The notes below the pieces were generated by a model, which was given only the letters and a program-made list of their open reading frames with translations, ran no database searches and had not been told where the DNA came from. Position numbers and translations under genes: made by a program. Positions 18,067-27,990 of a DNA stretch of 48,933 nt are shown here, in pieces (position 1 is the stretch's first letter; each line of letters begins with the position of its first letter). The stretch covers positions 1 through 48,933 of the forward strand of contig SFWW01000003.1 in the NCBI GenBank assembly GCA_004559845.1, in the 5' to 3' direction. Origin of the DNA: a bacterium (GTDB taxonomy: Bacteria > Bacteroidota > Bacteroidia > Bacteroidales > Muribaculaceae).

Positions 18067-19058
18067 TGAATCTTGCAAACCCGGGCTTTTTGTGGCTGTT
18101 CCTTCTCTTTGTGCCACTCATTGCGTGGTGGGTGTGGAGCCGAAAAAAAGCCAATCCCAGCATGCGCATCTCTTCCACAAGCGCCTTCCAAGCATTGCCC
18201 ACCAGCTGGAAAGTGTATGCCATACATTTCTCTTTTGCACTCAAACTCGCAGCACTCGCCATCCTCATTATCATATTATGCAGACCACAATCCTACGACA
18301 AGTGGTCGGAAAGCGAAACCAATGGCACCGACATTGTGCTCTCTATCGACATCTCTGCAAGTATGCTCTCGCGCGACCTTCAGCCCAACCGCTTGGAAGC
18401 GGCAAAAGAAGTGGCTGCCGACTTTGTGGCGAAGCGCGAAACCGACAACATTGGCATCGTGATTTTCTCCGGCGAAGGATTCACGCTTTTGCCCATGACC
18501 ACCCATCAGGCCATGCTCGTGAACACCATCAATGAAATCAACATCAATATGCTCGATGCCGATGGCACAGCCATTGGCGACGGTATAGCCACCGCCATCA
18601 ACCGCATCGAAGGGGGAAAAGCCAAATCCAAGAGCATTATTCTGCTCACCGATGGCACCAACAATTCCGGCATCGTTGCCCCGCTCACTGCTGCCGAAAT
18701 TGCCCAACAAAAAGGCATTCGAATCTACACTATCGGTATCGGAACCCATGGCACTGCCGACACCCCCTACGCCAGAGGATTTGGAGGTGAACTCCTCTAC
18801 AAGCCGATGCCCGTAACCATCGACGAGCCTTTGCTGAAAAAAGTTGCGGAAATGACCGGAGGAAAATACTTCCGTGCCACCGACAACAATGTGCTTGCCG
18901 ACGTGTTTACCGAAATCGATAAATTGGAGAAAACGAAAATAGATACTAAGAATTTCAGTCTCTCCTACGACAACTACCTACCCTGGGCTTGGGCTTTGCT
19001 CATCGTGGTGATGCTGAATGTGGTGATGCAATACACCGTGCTTCGACGCATCCCGTGA
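18063..19058 (+). CDS. batA: BatA, vWA domain protein
   Basis: N-terminal BatA TM hairpin (ANP.FLWL), DISASM MIDAS, GTAIGDG, LLTDG. Confidence 0.93.
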   Translation: MMNLANPGFLWLFLLFVPLIAWWVWSRKKANPSMRISSTSAFQALPTSWKVYAIHFSFALKLAALAILIIILCRPQSYDKWSESETNGTDIVLSIDISASMLSRDLQPNRLEAAKEVAADFVAKRETDNIGIVIFSGEGFTLLPMTTHQAMLVNTINEININMLDADGTAIGDGIATAINRIEGGKAKSKSIILLTDGTNNSGIVAPLTAAEIAQQKGIRIYTIGIGTHGTADTPYARGFGGELLYKPMPVTIDEPLLKKVAEMTGGKYFRATDNNVLADVFTEIDKLEKTKIDTKNFSLSYDNYLPWAWALLIVVMLNVVMQYTVLRRIP

Positions 19059-19130
19059 CCGCTATGCCGCACCACCCTATCCGTTTTTCTACATTAATGA
19101 TAATATTTGAAGTAAAATAATTTACTCACT

Positions 19131-20174
19131 ATGTTCAGTTTTGCAAATCCGGAATATCTCTACTTGCTGTTGCTGCTTCCCGTGGTGGCAATCTTATATA
19201 GGCTTGCGCAGAACGCAAAAGCCAAGAAAATTGCCAAATTCGGGCGAGCCCAAGTGGTGAAGCAGCTCATGCCTGAGCAATCGCGCTACAAACCCTGGAT
19301 TCGACTTGGCGTAGAACTCGCCATCGTGGCTACCATCGTGGTGATGCTGGCTCGTCCCCGAGGCGCTGCACAGCAAACCGACACCACCCTGAAGGGCATA
19401 GAAGTGATGATTTGCCTCGATGTGTCGAATTCTATGAACTCTGCCTGTGCCAACGATATGCCTGAAGTGAGCCGACTGCAACGCTCGAAGCAAGTGCTCG
19501 AAAAACTCATCAACCGCCTCACTGGCAATAAAGTGGGGCTTATCGTGTTTGCCGGAAATGCTTATATGCAAATGCCGCTCACAGGCGATGCACAAAGCGC
19601 CAAAATGTATCTCAACAATATTTCCACCGACATAGCCCCCACACAAGGCACAGCCATTGGCGCCGCCATCAATATGGCTTGCCAATGCTTTTCGCAAAAC
19701 CCGCACACGGTGAAAAACATTATCGTTATCACCGATGGCGAAAATTTTGAAGACGATGCCACCTCGGCTGCCAATGAGGCGCAGAAAAACGGTATCGCTG
19801 TGAATGCGGTGGGTATCGGCTCGGTAAATGGAGCTCCGGTGGTGGATGCCAATAGTCAGGTGCTGACCGATGAAAGCGGCAACCCTGCCATTTCCAAACT
19901 CAACGAGCAAGGCGCTATGGAAATTGCTAAAAGTGGCAAAGGACAATATGTGAATGGCGCATCAAATAGCGCCGTCGACGACCTCCAAGAGCAATTGATG
20001 AAACTCTCTAAAGCCGACCTGGAAAATGTTACTTATTCGCAAGAAAGCGAACTCTTCCCGGTGTTTGCTTGGATTGCTTTCATGCTCATCATTGGCGAAT
20101 TATTTATCATCAATCGCAAAAATCCATGGCTCAAGCGCTATAATTTCTTCACTAAAAAAACACAAAAGAAATGA
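19131..20174 (+). CDS. batB: BatB, vWA domain protein
   Basis: FANPEYLYLL, DVSNSM, QGTAIG, ITDGE; follows batA. Confidence 0.92.
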   Translation: MFSFANPEYLYLLLLLPVVAILYRLAQNAKAKKIAKFGRAQVVKQLMPEQSRYKPWIRLGVELAIVATIVVMLARPRGAAQQTDTTLKGIEVMICLDVSNSMNSACANDMPEVSRLQRSKQVLEKLINRLTGNKVGLIVFAGNAYMQMPLTGDAQSAKMYLNNISTDIAPTQGTAIGAAINMACQCFSQNPHTVKNIIVITDGENFEDDATSAANEAQKNGIAVNAVGIGSVNGAPVVDANSQVLTDESGNPAISKLNEQGAMEIAKSGKGQYVNGASNSAVDDLQEQLMKLSKADLENVTYSQESELFPVFAWIAFMLIIGELFIINRKNPWLKRYNFFTKKTQKK

Positions 20175-21007
20175 AATCATTCTTTTTAATCATATTCGCA
20201 TGGCTCTTTGTGGCTTGCCTTTCTTCATGTGGCAATGAAGATAAGGATTTGTCCACCAAGTCGGAGCGCAATGCTATCGTGGAAGGCAATCAGTATTTCC
20301 ATGATGGAAAATTCTCTGATGCCGAAGCCGCCTATAAAAAGGCGTTAACCGATAATCCGAATTCACAAATGGCTGCTTTCAATCTCGCTACCACTTTTCT
20401 GCGGCAAGCACCGGAATTAAAGAATGATTCCTTCCCTAATCCTCAACAGCAAGGCGGTGATGGGAAAGAACCACAATTGAGCCAACAATTGAATTCGGCA
20501 ATTGAAATACTCCAAAATTTGGCACAAAATAGCCCAAACCCCGCAATCGTGAGCTTAGCAGCCTACGATTTAGGAAATATTGCCTACCGGCAGCAAAATT
20601 ATCCACAAGCCATAGAATGCTACAAAGAAGCGCTACGCAAACAGCCGAAATTCAACGACGCTCGCTACAATCTAAGAATGGCGCAACTCAAAAACAAAGA
20701 CAATCAAAAGAATCAAAATAAAAATCAGGACAAAAACAAAGACCAACAGCAGGATAAAAATAAAGATAAAGATAAAGACAAGAATAAAGATAAAAATCAG
20801 GACCAACAACAGCAAAATCAGAATAAAGACAAGAATCAGCAACAGCAAAATCAGCAACAACAAAATAAAGGGAGCATGAGCGGACAAAATATGGATCAAA
20901 TATTGCGCTCTATGCAAAATCAAGAAAATGCCACTCAGCAGCGTGTGAATGCAGCCCGAGCCAAACAGCAAGCCGGCGAAAGAGCACGCACGCAAAACAA
21001 ATGGTAA
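20171..21007 (+). CDS. batC: BatC, TPR protein with Q/N/K/D-rich linker
   Basis: TPR repeats, ARYNLRMAQ, low-complexity tract, terminal W; possible lipobox LSSC. Confidence 0.88.
   Translation: MKSFFLIIFAWLFVACLSSCGNEDKDLSTKSERNAIVEGNQYFHDGKFSDAEAAYKKALTDNPNSQMAAFNLATTFLRQAPELKNDSFPNPQQQGGDGKEPQLSQQLNSAIEILQNLAQNSPNPAIVSLAAYDLGNIAYRQQNYPQAIECYKEALRKQPKFNDARYNLRMAQLKNKDNQKNQNKNQDKNKDQQQDKNKDKDKDKNKDKNQDQQQQNQNKDKNQQQQNQQQQNKGSMSGQNMDQILRSMQNQENATQQRVNAARAKQQAGERARTQNKW
20690..20868 (+). repeat. Low-complexity coding repeat (NKDKDQQQ) in batC
   Basis: Degenerate AATAAAGAC/CAGCAA tandem units. Confidence 0.8.
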
Positions 21008-21065
21008 TGCTTGCTTATTCTACGGAATTGCAACAACGGATGGCTGTTACATACTTTTTTTGAAA

Positions 21066-22913
21066 ATGAAAATTAATAAACATATTCTCTTCACAGCATT
21101 GGCTTTGCTTTGGTGCGTTGCGGCTTTTGCGCAGCAGCTTTCCTTAGTGGAATGCCGGTCAATGTCAGATAATAAATTCCAACTCGTTTACAAGCTTTCC
21201 AATGCTTCGAGTTGTAGTGCTTTCACTCCTCCTGAAGTGAGTGGAGCGGAACTTAAATATAAAACTCAAGGCCAAGAAATAAAGGCGGAAACCTCTATTG
21301 GGAATGGGAAAGTGAGGTCAAATAGCAGTAGATCCTACATTTTTAGTCTCACTTTCAAAGCCAATCAAACGGGTAAATTAAAAGTGGGTAGAGCTTACGC
21401 CACCGTGGGTGGAAAAAAAATCGCTTCAAAAGAAAGCACCATCATCGTGGAAGAAAAAGGTGCTTCCACAAGCCGAAGCGCTATGCAACAGCCCTGGAAA
21501 AGCAGAACTGTGGACCCTACCAATCCGTTTACCCAAGGTGTGGACAAAGATGTAACCGCCAACGATTTGTTTGTGAAAATCGAGCTATCGAAGCCACGTG
21601 TCTACGAACAGCAAGCCGTGGTGTGCACCGTGAAACTCTTCACCAAATTCCCCATCAAGGAATTTTTCCCGCTTCAGCAACCTGAATACAACGGCTTCCT
21701 CATAGAAGACATCACTCCGAAAATGCCTGCCTCAGCTCCCGTGGAGCAATACAATGGTCAGAACTACTACACCGCCATCCTTCGCAAAAGCATTTTGTAT
21801 CCACAAAAATCGGGCACACTTACCATCAATTCCGGAGAATTTGATGTGCTTCCGGTGAAGCGACAAGTGTTTGTGGGGCTCAATGTGGCGATTGCCGTGC
21901 CGGTGGACGGCAACAAACTACGCATCAAGAGTAATGCTGCCTCTGTCAACATTATGCCGTTGCCCTCGCCTCGCCCCGCCGGGTTCACCGGTGCTGTGGG
22001 CGAATTTTCCATTTCCGACGCCATCACGCCGAATCAGCAAAAAACCTTTGCCACCGGCACCTACACCCTTAAGGTGAGTGGTAGCGGTAATATCAAATAC
22101 ATCAAAGCGCCCTCTATCGCTTTCCCAAAAGAATTTGATACTTTTGACCCGCAAAATAAAATCAACACTTCATCGGATGGCAGCGATGTGAAAGGCGATG
22201 TTACCTTCACCTATCAGTTTATTCCGCAGCAAGTGGGACAATTCGCTATTGGTCAGGGCGAATTTGTGTATTTCAACCCCAACACCGAAAAATACGAAAC
22301 ACTCACCCTCCCCGCCCACACTCTCCATATAGCCAAGGGGAAAGACCAACCATCAAACACTGCCGACGGCGCCAAGAAAATGACCGATATCTATCCCGTG
22401 CATAGCGGCGATTTACATTTGAGCAAAACCCACACCCTATGGCTCGATAGATGGACCTACTGGGCACTACTGCTCTTGCCGTTTGCCTTCTTCACCGGCA
22501 TTCTTGTATACTACCGCAAACTCGTGAAAGAGCGTGCCAATGTGCAACTGATGCGAGTGAAGCGTGCCGGAAAGGTGGCGCAAAAGCGCTTGAAGCAAGC
22601 TAAGCAATATATGGACCACCACCTCGACTCTGAATTCTATGCCGAGGTGCTCACCGCTTTGTGGGGCTATTTGAGCGATAAATTGGGCATCCCCGTGTCG
22701 GAACTATCGAAAGACAATATTGATGCCGAGCTCCAAAAATATGGCGTGAGCGAAGCGCTACGCAAGCAATTGCTTCAGCTGTTGGAGCAATGCGAATACG
22801 CCCAATACACACCCGAATTGAGCCGGGTGAACAAGAAAAGCGTATTTGAAGAAGCCGCTAAAGTAATGGAAGATTTGGAAAATGTGAAACGTATTAACCC
22901 CTCCTCGAAATGA
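21066..22913 (+). CDS. batD: BatD protein (start reassigned to ATG 21066)
   Basis: Signal peptide from MKINKH, LYPQKSGTLTI, FTGAVGEF, late TM, LWGYLSDKL. Confidence 0.9.
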   Translation: MKINKHILFTALALLWCVAAFAQQLSLVECRSMSDNKFQLVYKLSNASSCSAFTPPEVSGAELKYKTQGQEIKAETSIGNGKVRSNSSRSYIFSLTFKANQTGKLKVGRAYATVGGKKIASKESTIIVEEKGASTSRSAMQQPWKSRTVDPTNPFTQGVDKDVTANDLFVKIELSKPRVYEQQAVVCTVKLFTKFPIKEFFPLQQPEYNGFLIEDITPKMPASAPVEQYNGQNYYTAILRKSILYPQKSGTLTINSGEFDVLPVKRQVFVGLNVAIAVPVDGNKLRIKSNAASVNIMPLPSPRPAGFTGAVGEFSISDAITPNQQKTFATGTYTLKVSGSGNIKYIKAPSIAFPKEFDTFDPQNKINTSSDGSDVKGDVTFTYQFIPQQVGQFAIGQGEFVYFNPNTEKYETLTLPAHTLHIAKGKDQPSNTADGAKKMTDIYPVHSGDLHLSKTHTLWLDRWTYWALLLLPFAFFTGILVYYRKLVKERANVQLMRVKRAGKVAQKRLKQAKQYMDHHLDSEFYAEVLTALWGYLSDKLGIPVSELSKDNIDAELQKYGVSEALRKQLLQLLEQCEYAQYTPELSRVNKKSVFEEAAKVMEDLENVKRINPSSK

Positions 22914-23674
22914 AGAAATTAGTATCCGTGCTGATGATTTCCGTGCTTTCTGCCGCCGTGGCATTTGCCGCTGCGGAAAGCGCCGATAGTGCCTATCATC
23001 AAAAGCGCTATCAAGATGCCATCAAAATATATGAATCACAGTTGGAGCAAGGCACCTCCTCGGATTTATACTACAATTTGGGATGCTGCTACTACAAGAC
23101 GCAAGACATCCCCAAAGCCATTCTCTGCTTTGAGCGCGCACTCGTGCTCGATGCCGCCAACGATGATGCGCGTAGCAATCTTTCCTTCGTGCGGCAAAAA
23201 TCGAAAATCGAAGAAAATGAGCCGGGTGGTGTGCTGGAAAATATCCTCAAAAATGGTGTGGGTATGCTCTCGAGCAATGCTTGGGCTTTGCTCGCCGGCA
23301 TCACTTTTGTGGTGATGCTCCTTGCCATTGCCGCCTACATTTTTATGGACAGCATTTTGTGGCGAAAAGTGGGCTTTTTCGGCGCCGGATTGCTGCTGGT
23401 GGCATTCATAGCATCAATGGCATGCGCGTTCTATCAGCGCGCGGTGGTGAAAAGCCACCGACAAGCCATTGTGATGCCACAAAATGCCACGCTGAGCAAA
23501 GCGCCACACACGCCGTCGGAAAAAGAAGTGGCATATCAGCTGAAAGGTGGCACCAAAGTGTGTATCGTGGATTCGGTGGTTTCCAACCTTGAAAAGAAAG
23601 AAACTTGGTATAAGGTGGAAGCCCCAGCCAAAGAGGATGCGTGGATTCTATCGTCTGATACAGAAAAAATCTGA
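22910..23674 (+). CDS. batE: BatE, TPR + TM + SH3-like protein
   Basis: ADSAY, LYYNLG, AILCFERAL, two TMs, C-terminal W.KV...W. Confidence 0.9.
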   Translation: MKKLVSVLMISVLSAAVAFAAAESADSAYHQKRYQDAIKIYESQLEQGTSSDLYYNLGCCYYKTQDIPKAILCFERALVLDAANDDARSNLSFVRQKSKIEENEPGGVLENILKNGVGMLSSNAWALLAGITFVVMLLAIAAYIFMDSILWRKVGFFGAGLLLVAFIASMACAFYQRAVVKSHRQAIVMPQNATLSKAPHTPSEKEVAYQLKGGTKVCIVDSVVSNLEKKETWYKVEAPAKEDAWILSSDTEKI

Positions 23675-23705
23675 TTTTATCACCTACAAGTATGTTGCGA
23701 TATTT

Positions 23706-24380
23706 ATGCTCACCTATCTCCAACAACTCGACGCCTCACTTTTGGTAGCCATCAATGGATGGCATTGCCCCTTTGCCGACCAATTGATGTGGCTTATTTC
23801 CGGAAAATTTTCTTCAGCGCTCATCCTCATCACGCTTTTGGCGCTATCCCTACGCAAAGGAAATTGGAAAAAAACACTCTTCTTGCTCATCGCCATCGCC
23901 ATAGTGGTGCTCATCGCCGACCGCGTGTCGTCGGGCATCATCAAGCCCTTGGTGGAGCGCCTTCGTCCCTCCCACAATCCCCAATTGCAAGCGCTGGTGC
24001 ATGTGGTGAACGATTATCGAGGCGGCAAATTCGGCTTCGTGTCGAGCCACGCTGCCAATATGTTTGGCATTGCCACCTTTGTGGCAATGGTGATGCGCAA
24101 TCGATATGCTTGGCTTTGCCTGCTTTCGTGGGCGGCAATCGTGAGCTATAGCCGCATTTATTTGGGCGTGCACTATCCCGGCGATATTTTGGGCGGTATG
24201 CTCGTGGGCTTTGGTGCGGCATGGCTTGTGGCATATCTCTGGAAAAAGACGCAAAATCGGTGCCGAATCCCGGCTATGCACACCATCTTTTGCCGAACCG
24301 ATGCGGCATGGCTAAACCTTGCAGTGGCTACAAATTTGGTGCTAATTATCGCCATTGCGGCGGTGCAAACCCTATTTTAA
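23706..24380 (+). CDS. PAP2-family membrane phosphatase (start reassigned to 23706)
   Basis: K..V.RLRP, SSHAAN, SRIYLGVHYPGD. Confidence 0.92.
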   Translation: MLTYLQQLDASLLVAINGWHCPFADQLMWLISGKFSSALILITLLALSLRKGNWKKTLFLLIAIAIVVLIADRVSSGIIKPLVERLRPSHNPQLQALVHVVNDYRGGKFGFVSSHAANMFGIATFVAMVMRNRYAWLCLLSWAAIVSYSRIYLGVHYPGDILGGMLVGFGAAWLVAYLWKKTQNRCRIPAMHTIFCRTDAAWLNLAVATNLVLIIAIAAVQTLF

Positions 24381-24495
24381 GCCATTTTTCGAAAAATATC
24401 GGCGCAAATATTTTGAAATTAGCAATATTTGTAATAATTTTATAGCATTAATTAATAAGTAACTCCATTTATTAACTATTTAATTTTACATAATC

Positions 24496-24753
24496 ATGCC
24501 AAAAACAATTCCTTTTAAAGAACTTCGTCGGATTAAAGATAGTTTGCCGGAAGGTTCAATCCACAAAATTGCTGACCAACTCAATATGACCGACCAATCG
24601 GTGCGTAATTACTTCGGTGGCTCTAATTATGAATACGGCATCAATATGGGCGTACACATTGAGCCGGGTCCTGACGGTGGTTATGTGGTGCTTGACGACA
24701 CCAAAATCTTGGATATGGCCCTCGAAATTCTTGGAGAAAAGGAGGATGCCTAA
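24496..24753 (+). CDS. Small conserved Bacteroidales putative DNA-binding protein
   Basis: ELRRIKDSLP.GS..KIADQL...VRNYFGG HTH-like segment, HIEPGPDGG. Confidence 0.8.
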   Translation: MPKTIPFKELRRIKDSLPEGSIHKIADQLNMTDQSVRNYFGGSNYEYGINMGVHIEPGPDGGYVVLDDTKILDMALEILGEKEDA

Positions 24754-24774
24754 AAGGTAACAACAAGAAATCAC

Positions 24775-24829
24775 AGCATGGGGCCACACGCACACTAATA
24801 GCAACTTCGTGAGGTTCCATGCTTTTTTT
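24775..24829 (+). terminator. Probable intrinsic terminator
   Basis: AGCATGG...CCATGCT stem followed by T-run. Confidence 0.55.
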
Positions 24830-24887
24830 ATTGAGAAAACTTACGCTTTTTTATCACACACTTTTTTCTGACCTACCATTGTAAGAT

Positions 24888-26003
24888 ATGAAACACTCCA
24901 ACGATCCCAATCGCCTCATCACACTTGCCATTCACACCTACGAGCGTGCCGTGGTGCTGAAATCGCAACTCGAGCAAGCCGGTGTTACCGCAGTGCTCCA
25001 CAATGTGAATTTGTCGGAACCGGTGGTGTCGGCAGGGGTGCGCGTACGCATCCGAGAAAAAGATTTGCCACAAGCCTTGGCGGTGGTGGAAAGCCAACAA
25101 CCACATGCCAATGCCTCTTTCATCCCAAAAAGTTTGAAAGTGCTTATCCCGGTGGATTTTAGCGAATATTCCATCAAAAGCTGTATGGTGGGCTTCAATT
25201 ATGCCAAGCGCTACAATGGCACTGTGGTGCTGCTCCATGCCTATATGAATGGCGAGCGAAAATTTGCCCTTCCTTTTGGTAGCGACCTCTATGAAAAAAT
25301 CGGCGATTCCGATGGCGCAATTCGCTCTAAAGCGCTCTTGGCTATGAAGGATTTTCGGTCGAAACTCGAAAAAATGATTGTGGACCAACAATTGGCGAAT
25401 GTGTCGTTTGAAACCGCCGTGCGAGAAGGCGTGCCGGAGCAATGTGTGCTCAATTGCGCCGAAGAAGTGCAAGCCCGACTCATTGTGATGGGCACTGCCG
25501 GCACCAGCCAGAAAGAGCGTGCCGCACTGGGGAGTGTTACGGCTGAAGTGCTCGACGCTTGCCGCTTTCCCATTATGGCTATCCCCAAAAATGCCGATGC
25601 TTCGCGACTTGGGCAAGCAAAAAATGTGGTGTTTTTCAGCAATCTCATCCCAAACGACTTGCTTTCCTTCGACCTCTTTTCTCACACCCTTTCGGTGAAG
25701 GGCATGAAGGTGAACATTGTGCCGGTGGTGGAAAAGAAAAACAATCCGAAATACACCGAGGAGGCGAAAAAGCAATTGATGAACTATTGCCAAGAGCATT
25801 ATCCACAATGCGAATTCACGCTCACCGAAGTGGCTCTTGAAAAGAATCTCGATGCGTTTTGGAATTTTACGCAGCAAAATGAAATCGACCTCATCGTGAT
25901 TCCTAACAAAAAAACCAACATCTTTGCGCGCTTGTTTAATCCAAGCATTGCACACAAGGTGCTCTTTGCGAGCGATATTCCTCTATTGGCAGTGCCGGTG
26001 TGA
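24888..26003 (+). CDS. Universal stress protein (N-terminal DUF2007-like domain plus Usp domains)
   Basis: VLIPVDFSEYS, LIVMGT.G, LGSVTAEV, DIPLLAVP. Confidence 0.9.
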   Translation: MKHSNDPNRLITLAIHTYERAVVLKSQLEQAGVTAVLHNVNLSEPVVSAGVRVRIREKDLPQALAVVESQQPHANASFIPKSLKVLIPVDFSEYSIKSCMVGFNYAKRYNGTVVLLHAYMNGERKFALPFGSDLYEKIGDSDGAIRSKALLAMKDFRSKLEKMIVDQQLANVSFETAVREGVPEQCVLNCAEEVQARLIVMGTAGTSQKERAALGSVTAEVLDACRFPIMAIPKNADASRLGQAKNVVFFSNLIPNDLLSFDLFSHTLSVKGMKVNIVPVVEKKNNPKYTEEAKKQLMNYCQEHYPQCEFTLTEVALEKNLDAFWNFTQQNEIDLIVIPNKKTNIFARLFNPSIAHKVLFASDIPLLAVPV

Positions 26004-26076
26004 GGAATGCCGCATGCTTCAGTGCTATCCGCAAACACACAATTCACATACAGTTCTTTACTCTATTTCCTTTGCA

Positions 26077-27606
26077 ATGAATTTCAAATCTATTTTCCAT
26101 ATCGCCCTCCTCTGCGTGCTGTGTATGACCGTGGGGGATGGGTTCGCACCCATGGCGGCTGCCGCGCAAGTGACTCACTTCAGCAAAGACAAACGAGCTT
26201 CCCACACCAAACAAATGCAACGCGTGTTTGCGCTCTTGGGTAAGGGCAATTACACTGCCGCTTGGGCGGAACAGCAAAAACTCGAAACCATGATGCGCGC
26301 CAATCGGAGCCAATATGAAGATGCGCTTTATCCGCTCTACGACTTGTCGATGGCAATGTTTCTCTGTTGTCCGGCTCCGCAAAACCCGAGCATCAACACC
26401 GACCCTTGGAAAGCAGAGCAATTGGTGCGCAACATTTTCGTGCGCAACATCGGCATCAGCCAAGCCAATGCCTTTCTCGCGCATCCCGACATTCTGCTTT
26501 CCACCGACCTCATCAAAAGCATAGTGGAAAAAGCACTGGTGAAGCACGTGAAGGAGGCACACTCACTGAACCAGTATCACCAACTCCTTTCCGTGCTCAA
26601 TGAATCTAATCCTGCCTACCAAGAGGCTTACCGCCAAGTGGAAATCATGGAATTTGAAGCCAATTGCGGCACCATTGAGGGCTGTAGGTTTTATCTGACA
26701 AACTATCCCAACTCGCCTTTGATAGAACAAGCCAAACAAAAATTGCTCCATCTGGAATTTGCTCGAGCCCAAAAAACTAACGATGAGCCCACTTGGAAGA
26801 AGTTTGTAAGCGATTATCAATTTGTGGGCATGGCTGCCAAGCAGGTGGAAGATGCCAAAGCAGCTCTCAAGCGTCTCCACGAACAGCAGCTCTGCAATGC
26901 CAACGTGAACCTCGCCGATTTGGACGTCTATGCATCACAACAAAAGCGATCTGCCGACAACCCGGTGTTTGTGATTTACGACAATCTGATTAATCTGCCC
27001 ACCCACTCTTATCGCTTTATGAGCCTCAAACTCAATTTTAATGGCGCTGTGGGCAAGGTGGAAGAAACCGTGAGAGAAAGCACGGGCACCACCACTATCA
27101 ACCGCTACACGTTTAACGCCCAAGGACTGCTCACCGAGGCTTACAATGGCTACTCCCGCACCCTCACGCAATACACCTACGCCTTTAGCAACACACACGG
27201 ATTCTACCCCGTGAAAAAAACGGAGAATGGAAAAACCTATACTTATAAATGCTACTACAATGCCTTCGGGCGGTTGAGCCGACTCACTTGCAGCGATGGC
27301 GACGACTTTCATTTTTCCTACGATGCCGATGGGCGAATCGTGGAGCGAAACGAAAAATTGGCGAATGGAAAAACTCGCGTTTCTACCTTTAAATCCGGAA
27401 AAATCAGAACCGAAAAAACCGACAACACGCTGCTCAAATTTCTTCGCTACGATGGCAGCCGTGCCACTATGATTACTTCGGAAAAAGGTGACAAAAAATA
27501 TGAGTGGACCTACACCTACACCACCTCCGATAGCGGGGCATGGAAGCGGGTGGATGCAGCCCTCAATGGCAAGCATCGGATGACTATCACGCGCGACTAC
27601 CGCTAA
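26077..27606 (+). CDS. Secreted hypothetical protein, helical N-half and YD-like beta-hairpin C-half (start reassigned to 26077)
   Basis: Signal peptide from MNFKSIF; FYLTNYPNSP-type helical repeats; YTFNAQGLL, YNAFGRL, YDADGRI. Confidence 0.7.
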   Translation: MNFKSIFHIALLCVLCMTVGDGFAPMAAAAQVTHFSKDKRASHTKQMQRVFALLGKGNYTAAWAEQQKLETMMRANRSQYEDALYPLYDLSMAMFLCCPAPQNPSINTDPWKAEQLVRNIFVRNIGISQANAFLAHPDILLSTDLIKSIVEKALVKHVKEAHSLNQYHQLLSVLNESNPAYQEAYRQVEIMEFEANCGTIEGCRFYLTNYPNSPLIEQAKQKLLHLEFARAQKTNDEPTWKKFVSDYQFVGMAAKQVEDAKAALKRLHEQQLCNANVNLADLDVYASQQKRSADNPVFVIYDNLINLPTHSYRFMSLKLNFNGAVGKVEETVRESTGTTTINRYTFNAQGLLTEAYNGYSRTLTQYTYAFSNTHGFYPVKKTENGKTYTYKCYYNAFGRLSRLTCSDGDDFHFSYDADGRIVERNEKLANGKTRVSTFKSGKIRTEKTDNTLLKFLRYDGSRATMITSEKGDKKYEWTYTYTTSDSGAWKRVDAALNGKHRMTITRDYR

Positions 27607-27623
27607 TTGCCTCCCTCTCTTAC

Positions 27624-27908
27624 TTATTTGATTGCGGTGAGGATGAGAAGCCACACCGGACAAAGCACAAAAAACACGGCTGAAAGCAAGAAAAATTGCC
27701 TGCGAATAAAAGCCCGCTCCGGCTTTTGAAATGCTCCGTTGAGCAAGGTGAAAGCCGACATAAACAAGAAAAAGTCGTCAACAAAGCCCAGCCAGCCTAC
27801 GCGGTCAAAATCTATGGGCATTGCCACATAAGCGATAGCCATCAACAGATACACCACCGCTGCTATGCGGGTGAATTTGAGTTTCCCCGGAGAAATAGTT
27901 TGATTCAT
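27624..27908 (-). CDS. DUF1232/YkvA-like small membrane protein
   Basis: YVAMPIDF...GFVDD motif, three hydrophobic segments. Confidence 0.7.
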   Translation of the reverse strand: MNQTISPGKLKFTRIAAVVYLLMAIAYVAMPIDFDRVGWLGFVDDFFLFMSAFTLLNGAFQKPERAFIRRQFFLLSAVFFVLCPVWLLILTAIK

Positions 27909-27990
27909 TGCTATGAATTAGTTTTTGAATAATATTATCGCAAGTATACCCTAATAAGGTGTGCTACCCGTATATAGTGACCGCCTTTTT

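Noticed and set aside
20690..20868. Q/N/K/D repeat in batC as a novelty
   Set aside because: Normal low-complexity linker of BatC proteins.
20949..21065. ORF-track upstream starts for batD (also 9922, 17035, 23547, 25924, 38934, 44303)
   Set aside because: Extensions overlap upstream genes; downstream ATGs give proper signal peptides or family N-termini.
15113..23674. moxR-DUF58-bat cluster as a new system
   Set aside because: Known conserved Bacteroidetes aerotolerance operon in its usual order.
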